Positions 1-8,979 of a stretch of DNA of 40,277 nucleotides are shown in pieces. The stretch comes from an uncultured Desulfovibrio sp. (GTDB lineage: Bacteria; Desulfobacterota; Desulfovibrionia; Desulfovibrionales; Desulfovibrionaceae), in assembly GCA_964413315.1 (NCBI GenBank), contig CAYPRZ010000002.1, positions 1-40,277 of the forward strand, given 5' to 3'. Within the stretch, counting starts at the first letter, position 1, and each line of letters begins with the position of its first letter. Both the position numbers and the translations under genes were made by a program. The notes under the pieces were generated by a model. That model was not told where the DNA came from, made no database searches, and saw only the letters and a list, made by a program, of their open reading frames with translations.

Positions 1-1
1 G

Positions 2-1435
2 CAACACCATCCCCGCATACACCTTGTGTGGGTCAGCAATGCCGTTCTTTTTTTGCAGATCCTGCACGCTGACGCCGTATTTATGGGCAACAGAGCTCAG
101 GGTTTCGTCGGCCCGCAAGGTGTGGCGGGGCCCGTCATCTGCTGCCACATCGCGCGCCACTGCTGCCTGCGGCTCACGGTTGGCAGGAATTTTTGCGCCC
201 TTGCCACCTTTATCCTGCGCCTTGGCCGGTTTGGCATCCAGCGCAGCCACCGCTTGGGCCGACATATTTACAGAACGGGGCACTAGCACCGTTTCGCCCG
301 TCTTTAGTGTAGGATTACCGGGATTAATCGCACGCAGCGTGGCAACTGGCACGCCGCAACGCTTGCTGATTTTCTCCCATGAATCATTGTTAGATGCCAC
401 CGCAGACGGCCCCCACCCCGCGTAAGGTGCGCAACCGGGCGAAGCAAGATGCGCCCGCGCTTCACGTTCGCGGCTTTCCGGTACATATATATAGGTAGGG
501 CGGCCAGTGTCGGTGATGGGGTGCTTGTGCTGACGATTGAGGGCGGCAAAAGAATCCCAGTCTATGCGGCAGGCGCGGGCCATGGCCGACAAATCCGTAC
601 CCGGCTTGGCCGTAAGGCGCAGTATGCCGGGCGCATTGTCAGGATGGATGGGATCAAAGCCCAGCTGCGGCAGGTTGCGCATGATCTTGGTTACAGCCAG
701 ATAACGCGGCACATACTGTTTGGTTTCGTCGCGCAGTTGGGCACGGTCGTCCAGCATATGGTTGCGCGACTTGATTTCAAAAAAGTCACGCCCGCCTGTG
801 CCCTGCTTGGCGCGGCCAATCTTGCCCTCGCCGGCGTTGTAGGCTGCAATGGCCGTGGGCCAGTCTCCAAAATCGCCGTAGAGCTTTTGCAGATAATCTG
901 CCGCCGCTTCGGTAGATTTAAAGGGATCAAGACGCTCGTCTGTCCACCAGTCCTGATTCAGACCATACTTCTGCCCAGTGAAGGGCATAAACTGCCACGC
1001 TCCGGCTGCACCAGCGGGAGAACGAACTTCACAGCGATAGCCGCTTTCAACAATGGCAAGGTAGGCCAGATCTTCCGGCATACCCCGCGAGCGGAACACC
1101 CGTTTGGCATAGGCCAAAAACTGCTCGGCCCTTTTGGAAGACGCGCTCATGGTGGGGCGGCCTTTACGCAAAAAGTATTTGTACTGGCGAGTTACATCGG
1201 TCATGGCGCTTTCGGGAATATTTCTGTCCACCTGACCGGTGGTTTGCAGCGCTGCAGCTTCACTGGCGGTGAGCGGTGGGGAAGTATCCTCTTCGGGCAC
1301 AGACATGGAAAGCCCCTTTCCAGCATCCCCACCCTGCCGCGAGGCGCAGCCCCCGGCAAGCAACAGGCAAAAGACAACAGCCATGATACCCAATCTTGCC
1401 ATTGCCGATCTGTTTCCGTCTGATGCTGCAACCAT
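2..1435 (-). CDS. Membrane-bound lytic murein transglycosylase (MltD-like, SLT + LysM), lipoprotein; 3' end runs off the window
   Basis: Not in the ORF track; translated by hand. ATG at 1435 follows GGAGG. Lipobox LLAGGC, SLT motifs LAIVESGY, AAGAWQFMPFTG and AIAAYNAGEG, then LysM-like repeats (HTLRADETLSSVAHKYGVSVQDLQKKN). Confidence 0.9.
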   Translation of the reverse strand, partial: MVAASDGNRSAMARLGIMAVVFCLLLAGGCASRQGGDAGKGLSMSVPEEDTSPPLTASEAAALQTTGQVDRNIPESAMTDVTRQYKYFLRKGRPTMSASSKRAEQFLAYAKRVFRSRGMPEDLAYLAIVESGYRCEVRSPAGAAGAWQFMPFTGQKYGLNQDWWTDERLDPFKSTEAAADYLQKLYGDFGDWPTAIAAYNAGEGKIGRAKQGTGGRDFFEIKSRNHMLDDRAQLRDETKQYVPRYLAVTKIMRNLPQLGFDPIHPDNAPGILRLTAKPGTDLSAMARACRIDWDSFAALNRQHKHPITDTGRPTYIYVPESREREARAHLASPGCAPYAGWGPSAVASNNDSWEKISKRCGVPVATLRAINPGNPTLKTGETVLVPRSVNMSAQAVAALDAKPAKAQDKGGKGAKIPANREPQAAVARDVAADDGPRHTLRADETLSSVAHKYGVSVQDLQKKNGIADPHKVYAGMVL

Positions 1436-1676
1436 GTTTCCCTCCCCTTTTGCCGCCCCGGCTTGCCATCTGCCGGGAAGATGCGTACACAGCCGCCATG
1501 GGCTAGCGCTGCTTTATCCGTGCACAGAGGCATGGCGTGGATTGCAAGGCAGCCCACACACATGCGCAACCGCGCAAAATATCACATAAATTCTTTTGAT
1601 GCGGGCCTTTGCCGCACAAACCGCTCCCTTCAATAGTGGCCGCCCGGCGGCCAACGCACACAGCCCGGAGGCGCGT

Positions 1677-2486
1677 ATGCACAACGAAACCGAAGAAGCC
1701 CCGCTGCTGCCGGGCCTTAAGCCCGTGCTGGAACTGCTTTCCAGCGATCCCCAGCGCATAGACTGCGTCTTTTGCAAAAAAGGTCTGCGCGGTGCCGACG
1801 CGCAAGAGGTGCTGAACCTCTGCCGCCAGCACAATGTGCGCTTCAGCTTGGTAGACCAAGTTGCCCTTGACCGCCTGTGCCGCGCCGGGGGGCAGTCTGG
1901 GCAAGGCCGTCAGGGCCGTGACAGCGTGTCACATCAGGGCGTTGTGGCCCGTTTGGCCGCTACCGGCTTTACTGACCTTGCCGACCTGCTGGCCGGGGTG
2001 GAAAACTCCCCTCTGCCGCTCATTGTGGCCCTCGACCAAGTGCAAGACCCCGGCAACGTGGGCACAATCTGCCGTACACTCTATGCCCTTGGGGGCGCGG
2101 GCATCATTTTGCCCCAGCACAACAGCGCCTATCTTGGCCCCGCAGCCCGCAGGGCCGCCGCAGGAGCGCTGGAAAAACTGCCTGTCACCCGCGTAACCAA
2201 TCTGGGCCACGCCCTCGACAGTGCAGAAGAAGCCGGACTGACCATATACGGCGCTGGCGGCGATGGCCCTTCGAGCCTCAACGCCTTTGATGAACCCATG
2301 CAGCTGCCCGCCGTGCTGGTGCTGGGCAACGAAGACAAGGGCCTGCGCCCCGGCGTTGCCAAGCGTTGCGCGCACATGCTGCGCATTCCGCTTGCCCGAT
2401 CCTTTGATTCGCTCAACGTGGCACAGGCCGGAGCCGTTTTGTTGGGGCTGGCCGCCGCGCATCAGGCAAAAAATTCTGGCTCATAA
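1677..2486 (+). CDS. TrmH/SpoU-family RNA 2'-O-methyltransferase (RlmB-like)
   Basis: SPOUT motifs LDQVQDPGNVGTICR, VLGNEDKGLR and IPLARSFDSLNVAQA; ATG at 1677 follows GGAGG. Confidence 0.9.
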   Translation: MHNETEEAPLLPGLKPVLELLSSDPQRIDCVFCKKGLRGADAQEVLNLCRQHNVRFSLVDQVALDRLCRAGGQSGQGRQGRDSVSHQGVVARLAATGFTDLADLLAGVENSPLPLIVALDQVQDPGNVGTICRTLYALGGAGIILPQHNSAYLGPAARRAAAGALEKLPVTRVTNLGHALDSAEEAGLTIYGAGGDGPSSLNAFDEPMQLPAVLVLGNEDKGLRPGVAKRCAHMLRIPLARSFDSLNVAQAGAVLLGLAAAHQAKNSGS

Positions 2487-2570
2487 CGGATATATGACTC
2501 GATAAATCCCAAAGCAAAAAGCACGCCAACACAATTGGCTCTTTTTGCAGCCTTCAGACAAGTACTTGAC

Positions 2571-2612
2571 GTAATAAAAAAGGAAGCGCCACTGCGCTTC
2601 CTTTTTTATTAC
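2571..2612. terminator. Bidirectional intrinsic terminator
   Basis: Perfect 19-bp inverted repeat GTAATAAAAAAGGAAGCGC-CACT-GCGCTTCCTTTTTTATTAC with A6/T6 tracts, between convergent genes. Confidence 0.8.
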
Positions 2613-2792
2613 AAGCAAAACATACACTAAACTTTCTCTAGATTAATACTAGATTATATTTATACATTCATTACCACTACCAAACATCAATTAGTGCAGT
2701 TGCATTACATCTTGCGCACTGCCCATTACAGCCAAACACCGACATGCCCTGCCCCACCAAACAAATCACCCACCAGCCGCCGCCTAGTACGC

Positions 2793-2840
2793 AAAAAACC
2801 CGCCCTGCCAGTGCGCGGTGCGCAGCATGACAGGGCGGGT
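2793..2840 (-). terminator. Intrinsic terminator downstream of fliQ
   Basis: On the minus strand, stem ACCCGCCCTG...CAGGGCGGGT followed by a T run. Confidence 0.65.
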
Positions 2841-2901
2841 CAGTAGTCAAAATATGTTAGGCAATTCTTTTAGTCAGCCGCAGACTGGCGGCCAGATACC
2901 T

Positions 2902-3171
2902 TTAACGGATGTAGACGGGTATGTTGATAAACACGTCGCGGGTAAAGGTGACCATGCGTTCCATAAGCCAAGGCAGGGCCAGCAGCAGGGCCAGAAACAT
3001 GCACACAACCTTGGGAATAAAGGTAAGTGTCATTTCCTGAATTTGGGTGGCCGCCTGAATAACACTCACAATCACGCCCACCCCCAGCCCCACGCCCAGC
3101 ATGGGCAGAGCCATCATCAGACAAAGCTCAATGGCCTGACGACCGAAACCAATGACGAAATCTGGGGACAT
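2902..3171 (-). CDS. fliQ: Flagellar export protein FliQ
   Basis: 89 aa, hydrophobic, motif QAATQIQEMTLTFIPK. Confidence 0.96.
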   Translation of the reverse strand: MSPDFVIGFGRQAIELCLMMALPMLGVGLGVGVIVSVIQAATQIQEMTLTFIPKVVCMFLALLLALPWLMERMVTFTRDVFINIPVYIR

Positions 3172-3217
3172 GGGCTACTCCTGAAATTTGACGGTGTGCG
3201 AAACGCTATACCCCTTA

Positions 3218-3234
3218 AGCAAGAACAGGGCCAA
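3218..3234 (-). promoter_or_regulatory. Sigma54 (-24/-12) promoter for fliQ
   Basis: Minus strand TTGGCCCTGTTCTTGCT, i.e. GG-N10-GC, in the fliP-fliQ gap. Confidence 0.65.
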
Positions 3235-3254
3235 AGCGAAACACCCAGCGCCGG

Positions 3255-4052
3255 TCAGAGCAGAAAACTGTTCACCAGAGAACCGACCAGCAGATTCCAG
3301 CCATCAACCATAACAAAGAGCAGCAGTTTAAAGGGCATAGACACCATCATGGGCGGCAACATCATCATGCCCATGGCAAGCAGCACGCTTGAGATGACCA
3401 TATCCAGCACGAGAAAGGGAATGTAGATGAGAAAGCCGATGGTAAAGGCGGTTTTGAGCTCGCTGATAACATAGGCGGCGGCCAGCAGCATGGTGGGCAC
3501 TTCCTCCTTGCTGCGCGGCGCTTCTATCTTGCTGATGGAATAAAAAACCGAAAGGTCTTTTTCGCGCGTGTGTTTGAACATAAAGGTGCGCAGCGGGGCC
3601 TGCGCCCGGTCAAGCGCCACCTTGTAATCTATCTGTTCGGCCAGATAGGGTTGCAGGGCGTTGTCGTTGATCTGCTTGCCCACCGGGTACATGATGACCA
3701 CCGTCATAAAAATGGCAAGACTGGCAAGAATCTGGGTAGGGGGGAGCTGCTGCACGCCCATGGCCTGCCGCAAAAAGCTGAACACAATGATAATGCGGGT
3801 AAAGCTGGTGACAGTAAGCATGATGGCCGGAGCTACCGAAAGCACCGTGAGCAGAAAAAGAATTTCCAGCAGCACAGAAACTTTTTCGGGCGACTGCGCT
3901 CCACCGGCCAAGGTAAGCTGCATGGTGGGCAGGGCCAGATCCTGAGCGGCAAGGGCCAACTCAGGTAAAAGAAGGGATATGAGGCTAGCTGCCGCCAGCG
4001 CCGCGACGGGCTTCTTCCATAACTTGCTGAAAATCGGCGTTTTCTGGCTCAT
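3255..4052 (-). CDS. fliP: Flagellar export protein FliP
   Basis: Motifs TSFTRIIIVFSFLRQAMG, ISELKTAFTIGFLIYIPFLVLD and PFKLLLFVMVDGW. Start overlaps fliO and is uncertain. Confidence 0.96.
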   Translation of the reverse strand: MSQKTPIFSKLWKKPVAALAAASLISLLLPELALAAQDLALPTMQLTLAGGAQSPEKVSVLLEILFLLTVLSVAPAIMLTVTSFTRIIIVFSFLRQAMGVQQLPPTQILASLAIFMTVVIMYPVGKQINDNALQPYLAEQIDYKVALDRAQAPLRTFMFKHTREKDLSVFYSISKIEAPRSKEEVPTMLLAAAYVISELKTAFTIGFLIYIPFLVLDMVISSVLLAMGMMMLPPMMVSMPFKLLLFVMVDGWNLLVGSLVNSFLL

Positions 4053-4482
4053 GCTTTGCCTGCTCCTCGGTCAGTAGGGTAATCTGCTGGTCTGTAACCC
4101 CCAGCAACAACCTTTTATTCAAGAAGCGTACCACCATCAAGCCCTTACGCGGCCCCAGTGGCAGCTGGGCTTCCATGACCAGAGCATCACGCGGCAGCGA
4201 TCCTGGGCGCGGCATAAAGTTAAACTTGCCAAAACGCCGCGCCAGCCACACTGCCAGCCACAGCACCGCCACCAGTAAAAAAACTATGCCCACGGCCTGA
4301 ATGTAGCTGCCCCAAGAAAAAGATGACTGTCCCAGTGCAGCAGCCGGTTCTGCCACTGCGGTGGCGGCCCCTTGCGCAACAGAGCCCACTGCGCCGCCCG
4401 CAGCACCTTCCACAGTACCGCGCACGGCGCTGCCAGCAAGGCCGCCATCGGCAGCGGCAAGCAATATGGGCAGGCTAGCCAA
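3985..4482 (-). CDS. fliO: Flagellar protein FliO
   Basis: Single TM followed by LPLGPRKGLMVVRFLNKRLLLGVTDQQITLL; lies between fliN and fliP. Confidence 0.9.
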   Translation of the reverse strand: MASLPILLAAADGGLAGSAVRGTVEGAAGGAVGSVAQGAATAVAEPAAALGQSSFSWGSYIQAVGIVFLLVAVLWLAVWLARRFGKFNFMPRPGSLPRDALVMEAQLPLGPRKGLMVVRFLNKRLLLGVTDQQITLLTEEQAKHEPENADFQQVMEEARRGAGGS

Positions 4483-5017
4483 GCTGCTTCACCCTTTCAA
4501 TGGGGCTGATAATGTCGGTAAGACGCACGCCAAACTTTTCGTTGATAACCACTGCCTCGCCGCGCGCCACCAGTTTGCCGTTGACGTAAACTTCGAGAGG
4601 TTCGCCTGCGAGCTTGTTGAGCTCAACCACCGAACCCTGACCAAGCTGCAACAGTTCGTTGATGAGCAAGCGTGTGCGGCCAAGCTCTGCCGAAACGTCC
4701 AGCGGAATATCCAGAATAAAGTCTAGCTCGCGCTTGAGCTTGCTGTCTTTGGGCTGACGGGCCATTTCAGTCATATCCTGAAAATGCGCGTCCACCGCCT
4801 GACCGCCAAAACCAGCGCCAGCACCGCCAAACGAGGCAGGGCCCTTGTCTTCTTCGTCCGCAGCCAGCGATTCGGCCCACTGGGCCGCCAATGCTTCTTC
4901 GTCCAGCGCATTGCCAGCGGGCGCGGGCTCAGCCGCTGCGGGTTCTGCCGCGTTGGCCTCATCTTCCAGTTGTGCGGCCCACTGGGCTGCTAAGGCTTCT
5001 TGATCTTCCTGCGACAT
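4475..5017 (-). CDS. fliN: Flagellar motor switch protein FliN
   Basis: SpoA domain ILDIPLDVSAELGRT...LVARGEAVVINEKFGVRLTDII. Confidence 0.96.
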   Translation of the reverse strand: MSQEDQEALAAQWAAQLEDEANAAEPAAAEPAPAGNALDEEALAAQWAESLAADEEDKGPASFGGAGAGFGGQAVDAHFQDMTEMARQPKDSKLKRELDFILDIPLDVSAELGRTRLLINELLQLGQGSVVELNKLAGEPLEVYVNGKLVARGEAVVINEKFGVRLTDIISPIERVKQLG

Positions 5018-5170
5018 AGGTCACCTCATTCTCTGTTCCGGCACGTGCTGCAAAAACCATGCAGCCGTGTTGCGGAAGGCTGGCCCACATCGGGCGCAGC
5101 CATCAAGCCAACATATGGAACCAGCGTAAACGCCAATGCCGCAATGGCCACAGCGCCGCGCTTGCCACGG

Positions 5171-5836
5171 TTATTCCACTACAAAATCAGTAAAGTATAC
5201 CCGGATAACTCTTTGCGCGCCCAAAATCTGGTTGAGGCGTGCGGCCACCTCGGCCTTTAGCAGCACCTTGCCGTCTGGCGAAGAAATGTCGTTAAAGGTC
5301 TTGCCCGCCAGCAGCATGATGATGGCATCACGTATTCTGGGGCTATTGGCCTGAAGGGCGGCAGAAACATCGGCGTTGACCTCTACTTCCATACCCAGCT
5401 TAAGATAGCGCCGCCCCGAAGGGTCAGAAATATTTACCGTAATGGGTGGCAGGGGCAGCACCTGCCCACTGCTGCGCGGCAGGTCGCTTTGCCGCTCAAT
5501 GCGTGCATCGCCCGCGCCGCCAGCTCCGCCAGCACCACCAGTAGCCCCAGCGCCAGCACCACCGTGCCCGCCGCCAGCTCCGCCAGCGCCAGCTGCGCCG
5601 GGTTGCCCGGCAGCCCCCTTGCCTGCGGCCTCACCGGCCGGGGCATCGTGCGGGGCAGAGCTTGCCGCAGAGGGCGTGCGGAGAAAAAACCACCAATATG
5701 CCCCAATGCCAGCGCCGCTCAGGGTAATAAGCAGAATCGCCAAAATAATGACTATCCGCTTGGCCTTTGAGGGCTTTTTGGGATTTTCTGCCTGCCCTTC
5801 TGGCAGGGCCTTTGCTTCTTTATCTTTGGCCGCCAT
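5171..5836 (-). CDS. fliL: Flagellar basal body protein FliL
   Basis: N-terminal TM, Gly/Ala linker, C-terminal VNISD..RYLK, PRIRDAII and VYFTDFVVE; ATG at 5836 follows GGAG. Confidence 0.92.
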   Translation of the reverse strand: MAAKDKEAKALPEGQAENPKKPSKAKRIVIILAILLITLSGAGIGAYWWFFLRTPSAASSAPHDAPAGEAAGKGAAGQPGAAGAGGAGGGHGGAGAGATGGAGGAGGAGDARIERQSDLPRSSGQVLPLPPITVNISDPSGRRYLKLGMEVEVNADVSAALQANSPRIRDAIIMLLAGKTFNDISSPDGKVLLKAEVAARLNQILGAQRVIRVYFTDFVVE

Positions 5837-5888
5837 ACGCACTCCACCGACATTGTGGGGTCAAGAACGCGAACCGCTCAAGCCTTGT

Positions 5889-5905
5889 AGCAGACTTTAT
5901 GCCAA
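5889..5905 (-). promoter_or_regulatory. Sigma54 promoter for the fliL operon
   Basis: Minus strand TTGGCATAAAGTCTGCT (GG-N10-GC), about 50 nt upstream of fliL. Confidence 0.7.
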
Positions 5906-5910
5906 GGCAG

Positions 5911-6639
5911 CTATGCCTTGGCAGGACGCGGTCCGAAAATATCCGTGCCAATGCGTACCATGGTGGCCCCTTCGGCCACCGCGCCTTCAAAATCGCCGCT
6001 CATGCCCATGGAAAGTTCGGGCAGTGGCAAGCCTAGGCGGGTGCGCAAGGTGTCGCGCAGTTCCCGCAGATGAGCAAAATGGGGCCGCGCCGCATCGCCC
6101 GCGTCAAACACCGGGGGCAGGCACATGAGGCCCTGCACATCCAGATGCGGACAATGCTCAAGTACATAATCGGCCAATTCCGGCAAATCTCCAGACATCA
6201 CACCAGATTTTTGCGATTCGCCACCAACATTTACCTCAAACAGTACGGGCTGGCGGGCGTTAGCCTCGACCAGCCGCCGCTCCATGGCATCTGCAAGCTT
6301 GCGCGAATCAAGCGTGTGCACAAGGCTGAAAGCCCCCGCCACCAGCGGGGCCTTGCGGCTTTGCACATGGCCTATCATGTGCCAGCGAATACCCGCGCAC
6401 AGCGCTGCCGTGGCCGGGTCTGCGGCAAGATCAAGCCTCTTTTGCAGGGCTTCCTGAACATAATTTTCGCCAAAATCAATCTGCCCAGCGGCGGCAATCA
6501 CGGCCAGCGATTCCGCAGGGTGCAGCTTTGAAACAGCAATAAGCCTCACGCTCTGGCGCGACCGTCCGGCTGCGGCACAGGCCGCATCCAGCCGGTCAAG
6601 CACCCGCGCATAGCGTTCTTGCAGCAGTGCGTCGCCCAT
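5911..6639 (-). CDS. yggS: PLP homeostasis protein, YggS family
   Basis: Motifs LIAVSK, FGENYVQE, WHMIGHVQSRK, LSMGMSGDFE and VRIGTDIFG. Confidence 0.95.
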   Translation of the reverse strand: MGDALLQERYARVLDRLDAACAAAGRSRQSVRLIAVSKLHPAESLAVIAAAGQIDFGENYVQEALQKRLDLAADPATAALCAGIRWHMIGHVQSRKAPLVAGAFSLVHTLDSRKLADAMERRLVEANARQPVLFEVNVGGESQKSGVMSGDLPELADYVLEHCPHLDVQGLMCLPPVFDAGDAARPHFAHLRELRDTLRTRLGLPLPELSMGMSGDFEGAVAEGATMVRIGTDIFGPRPAKA

Positions 6640-6641
6640 GC

Positions 6642-7565
6642 CTACTCCGCCATCAGGCCCAGCTCACGCAAAAAGGCCGCGTCTTCAGTCCAGTGCTCAC
6701 GCACCTTGACCCACAGCTCAAGGTGAACCTTGCCGCCCACCAGATCCTGAATTTCTTTGCGGGCATCAATGCCTATCTGCTTGATGGACGCTCCCGCGCG
6801 GCCAATAACCATGGCCTTGTGCATGGGACGGCCCACGTAAATGACGGCATGGATGACCGTTTGACCGCGCTCTTCGTCTTCTTCCCAGTTTTCCACGTCA
6901 ACGGCCACAGAGTATGGCACTTCTTGACGCAGGTGCAAAAACAGCTTTTCGCGCACGATTTCTGCTGTCATAAAGCGCAGGGGCGCGGTGGAAATCTGGT
7001 CTTCGGGGAACTGCGCAGGGGCCACGGGCAGCTTGGAGCGGATAAGCTTTGCCAGATCGGGCAGGCCATCTCTTTTCAGGGCCGAGGTGGGGAAAATTTC
7101 CGCCTTGGGCCACATTTCGCTCAGGCGCGTCAAAAGCGGCAGCATGCGGCTTTTGTCTGAGAAAAGATCGACCTTGTTGACCACCACAATCATGGGGCGC
7201 TCGTCGCTCGACAAGGCCTTGGCCAAGGGCGCTAGATCACGCTCCAGAAATTCGGGGTGGCGGATGTACAGGTGGGCGTCAAGCACTGGCATGGTTACTT
7301 CGGCCTGAGCAAGGCTTTGCCACACGGCCTGAAGCATGGTTTTGCTCAGTCTGCCGCGCACCTGAGCAAGGCCCGGCGTATCCATAAAAACAATCTGGGC
7401 ATTTTCGTCTGTTAGAATACCCACAATCTGGTTACGCGTTGTCTGCGGTTTGGGCGTGACAATGGTAACCTTTTGCCCAAGCAGGGCGTTCAGCAGGGTG
7501 GATTTGCCCGCATTGGGCGGCCCCATAAGCGCCACCCAACCGCAACGATAGTTCTGATCCGACAT
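6642..7565 (-). CDS. era: GTPase Era
   Basis: [22 protein letters not shown] and a KH domain (VIGRAG, LELWVKV); ATG at 7565 follows GGAGA. Confidence 0.96.
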   Translation of the reverse strand: MSDQNYRCGWVALMGPPNAGKSTLLNALLGQKVTIVTPKPQTTRNQIVGILTDENAQIVFMDTPGLAQVRGRLSKTMLQAVWQSLAQAEVTMPVLDAHLYIRHPEFLERDLAPLAKALSSDERPMIVVVNKVDLFSDKSRMLPLLTRLSEMWPKAEIFPTSALKRDGLPDLAKLIRSKLPVAPAQFPEDQISTAPLRFMTAEIVREKLFLHLRQEVPYSVAVDVENWEEDEERGQTVIHAVIYVGRPMHKAMVIGRAGASIKQIGIDARKEIQDLVGGKVHLELWVKVREHWTEDAAFLRELGLMAE

Positions 7566-7969
7566 TCTTTCTCCCGGCTGGAAGCATCCAGCCTCTACCG
7601 CCGACCGTGCGACGGAATACTTCTTGGCAATTGCAGGGCGCGGATACGCAAACACGCCAAAAGCCGCCCTCTGCGGGCTAACATCCTAAAGAAATTGCGC
7701 TTCCGCGTTAGGGCGGGCATAGGATTTGCGCTCTTGCCCGGCACAATCAGAGTAAGACTACTCTAGAAACATACTTAACTGGCTTTCTGTCCCACATCCG
7801 CGCTCTGCGGTCAAGACGCTGTACGCGGCAGGCACTGCCCGCCCACGGCACTGCTCGGCCCAATGGCTCGTCGGTTGCCCGCCCCAAATCAAACCGCAGC
7901 TCAAAGGGCGCATCATTATTATACTTATTTTTTCGATAAAAATTGCGCCCCAAACAAGGCCCGTCTTGC

Positions 7970-7998
7970 TTGACTAGAACCGCGCCAATGCTTACTGT
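7970..7998 (+). promoter_or_regulatory. Sigma70-type promoter, probably leaderless, for the VUT gene
   Basis: TTGACT-17 nt-TACTGT, ending 7 nt before ATG 8006; no Shine-Dalgarno sequence. Confidence 0.55.
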
Positions 7999-8005
7999 GC
8001 CGCGC

Positions 8006-8506
8006 ATGTTCAGCCTATTTACCTACATTGCTCTGATTGTGGGCGTTAACTTCGCCTTTACGGTTACGCCGCTCATTCCGCTGCCCAATGGCGAGATGTG
8101 GGCACCTCTTTCGCTCATCGTGGGCTTTATTTTTGTGGTGCGTGACTTTGCGCAGCGCCGCGTGGGCCATCATGTGCTTTGGGGCATGCTGGTGGGTTGC
8201 GTGGTAAGCTGGTTCATGGCCAGCCCGCAGCTTGCGCTTGCCAGCGCTGCGGCCTTTGCCGTGGGCGAACTGGGCGACTGGGGAGTGTACACCTTTACCC
8301 GCCGCCCCTTCTCGCAGCGCATTCTCATATCAAGCCTTGTGGGCGCACCCCTCGACAGCATCGTGTTTCTGGGCATGATTGGCATTGCCACGCCGTGGTC
8401 GGTTATTACCATGAGCCTGAGCAAGCTGGCCGGTTCGCTGCTTGTGGGGTGGCTAGTACGCCGCCGCGAACAGCGCGAATACGAAATGGAACATTGGCAG
8501 GCCTGA
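8006..8506 (+). CDS. VUT-family (YhhQ-like) queuosine-precursor transporter
   Basis: Multi-TM protein with motifs FVVRDFAQ, ASAAAFAVGELGDWGVY and LDSIVFL; convergent with tgt. Alternative start at 7988. Confidence 0.8.
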   Translation: MFSLFTYIALIVGVNFAFTVTPLIPLPNGEMWAPLSLIVGFIFVVRDFAQRRVGHHVLWGMLVGCVVSWFMASPQLALASAAAFAVGELGDWGVYTFTRRPFSQRILISSLVGAPLDSIVFLGMIGIATPWSVITMSLSKLAGSLLVGWLVRRREQREYEMEHWQA

Positions 8507-8542
8507 TTTTTTGCAGCAGCAAGGGCATTGCCCCATATTTTC

Positions 8543-8580
8543 AAACCCCGCGATGGTGAAATCGCGGGGTTTTTGTTTTT
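8543..8580 (+). terminator. Intrinsic terminator
   Basis: AAACCCCGCGAT-GGTGAA-ATCGCGGGGTTT followed by a T tract. Confidence 0.8.
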
Positions 8581-8628
8581 GGGGGCTTCGTATAGGCTCA
8601 CGGGTATCCTTCAACGCAAGGGGATTGC

Positions 8629-8907
8629 ATGAACACCCGCAACGACCAAAAACAGGCTCAGGCAGAGCTGCTGCTACAAAGGCTGGATAATGCGGGCCTG
8701 ACAGAATACGTCAAGCTGTCGCAAAAAACCAGCAAAATCCTGTGGCTCAACTTTCTCTCCGGCATTGCCAGAGGGCTTGGGTTCAGCATTGGCGCAACAC
8801 TGGTGCTGGCGGTAGTTTACAAAATTCTGGCGCGTATCATCAGCATGAATATTCCATACCTTACCGACCTATTACAGCAGGTTATGAACATGGCCAAGGG
8901 AGGTTAA
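8629..8907 (+). CDS. Small membrane protein, DUF5665-like
   Basis: 92 aa with motif LWLNFLSGIARGLGFSIGATLV; AAGGGGA RBS. Confidence 0.75.
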   Translation: MNTRNDQKQAQAELLLQRLDNAGLTEYVKLSQKTSKILWLNFLSGIARGLGFSIGATLVLAVVYKILARIISMNIPYLTDLLQQVMNMAKGG

Positions 8908-8921
8908 CGGCTAACCGTCAT

Positions 8922-8956
8922 AAAAAAAGGGGAAGAAAGCCGAGCTTCCCTCCCCT
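8922..8956 (-). terminator. Intrinsic terminator for tgt
   Basis: Minus strand AGGGGAGGGAAGC-TCG-GCTTTCTTCCCCT then a T run. Confidence 0.65.
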
Positions 8957-8979
8957 GCGTAAACGGCGGCAATGCGCCC

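Noticed and set aside
449-1423. 324-aa plus-strand ORF
   Set aside because: Antisense shadow of the minus-strand lytic transglycosylase.
7749-7780. Possible preQ1-I riboswitch upstream of the VUT transporter (AGAGT stem plus A-rich tail)
   Set aside because: The loop is too short and lacks the conserved UUC/C ligand-binding residues, and it lies about 230 nt from the start codon.
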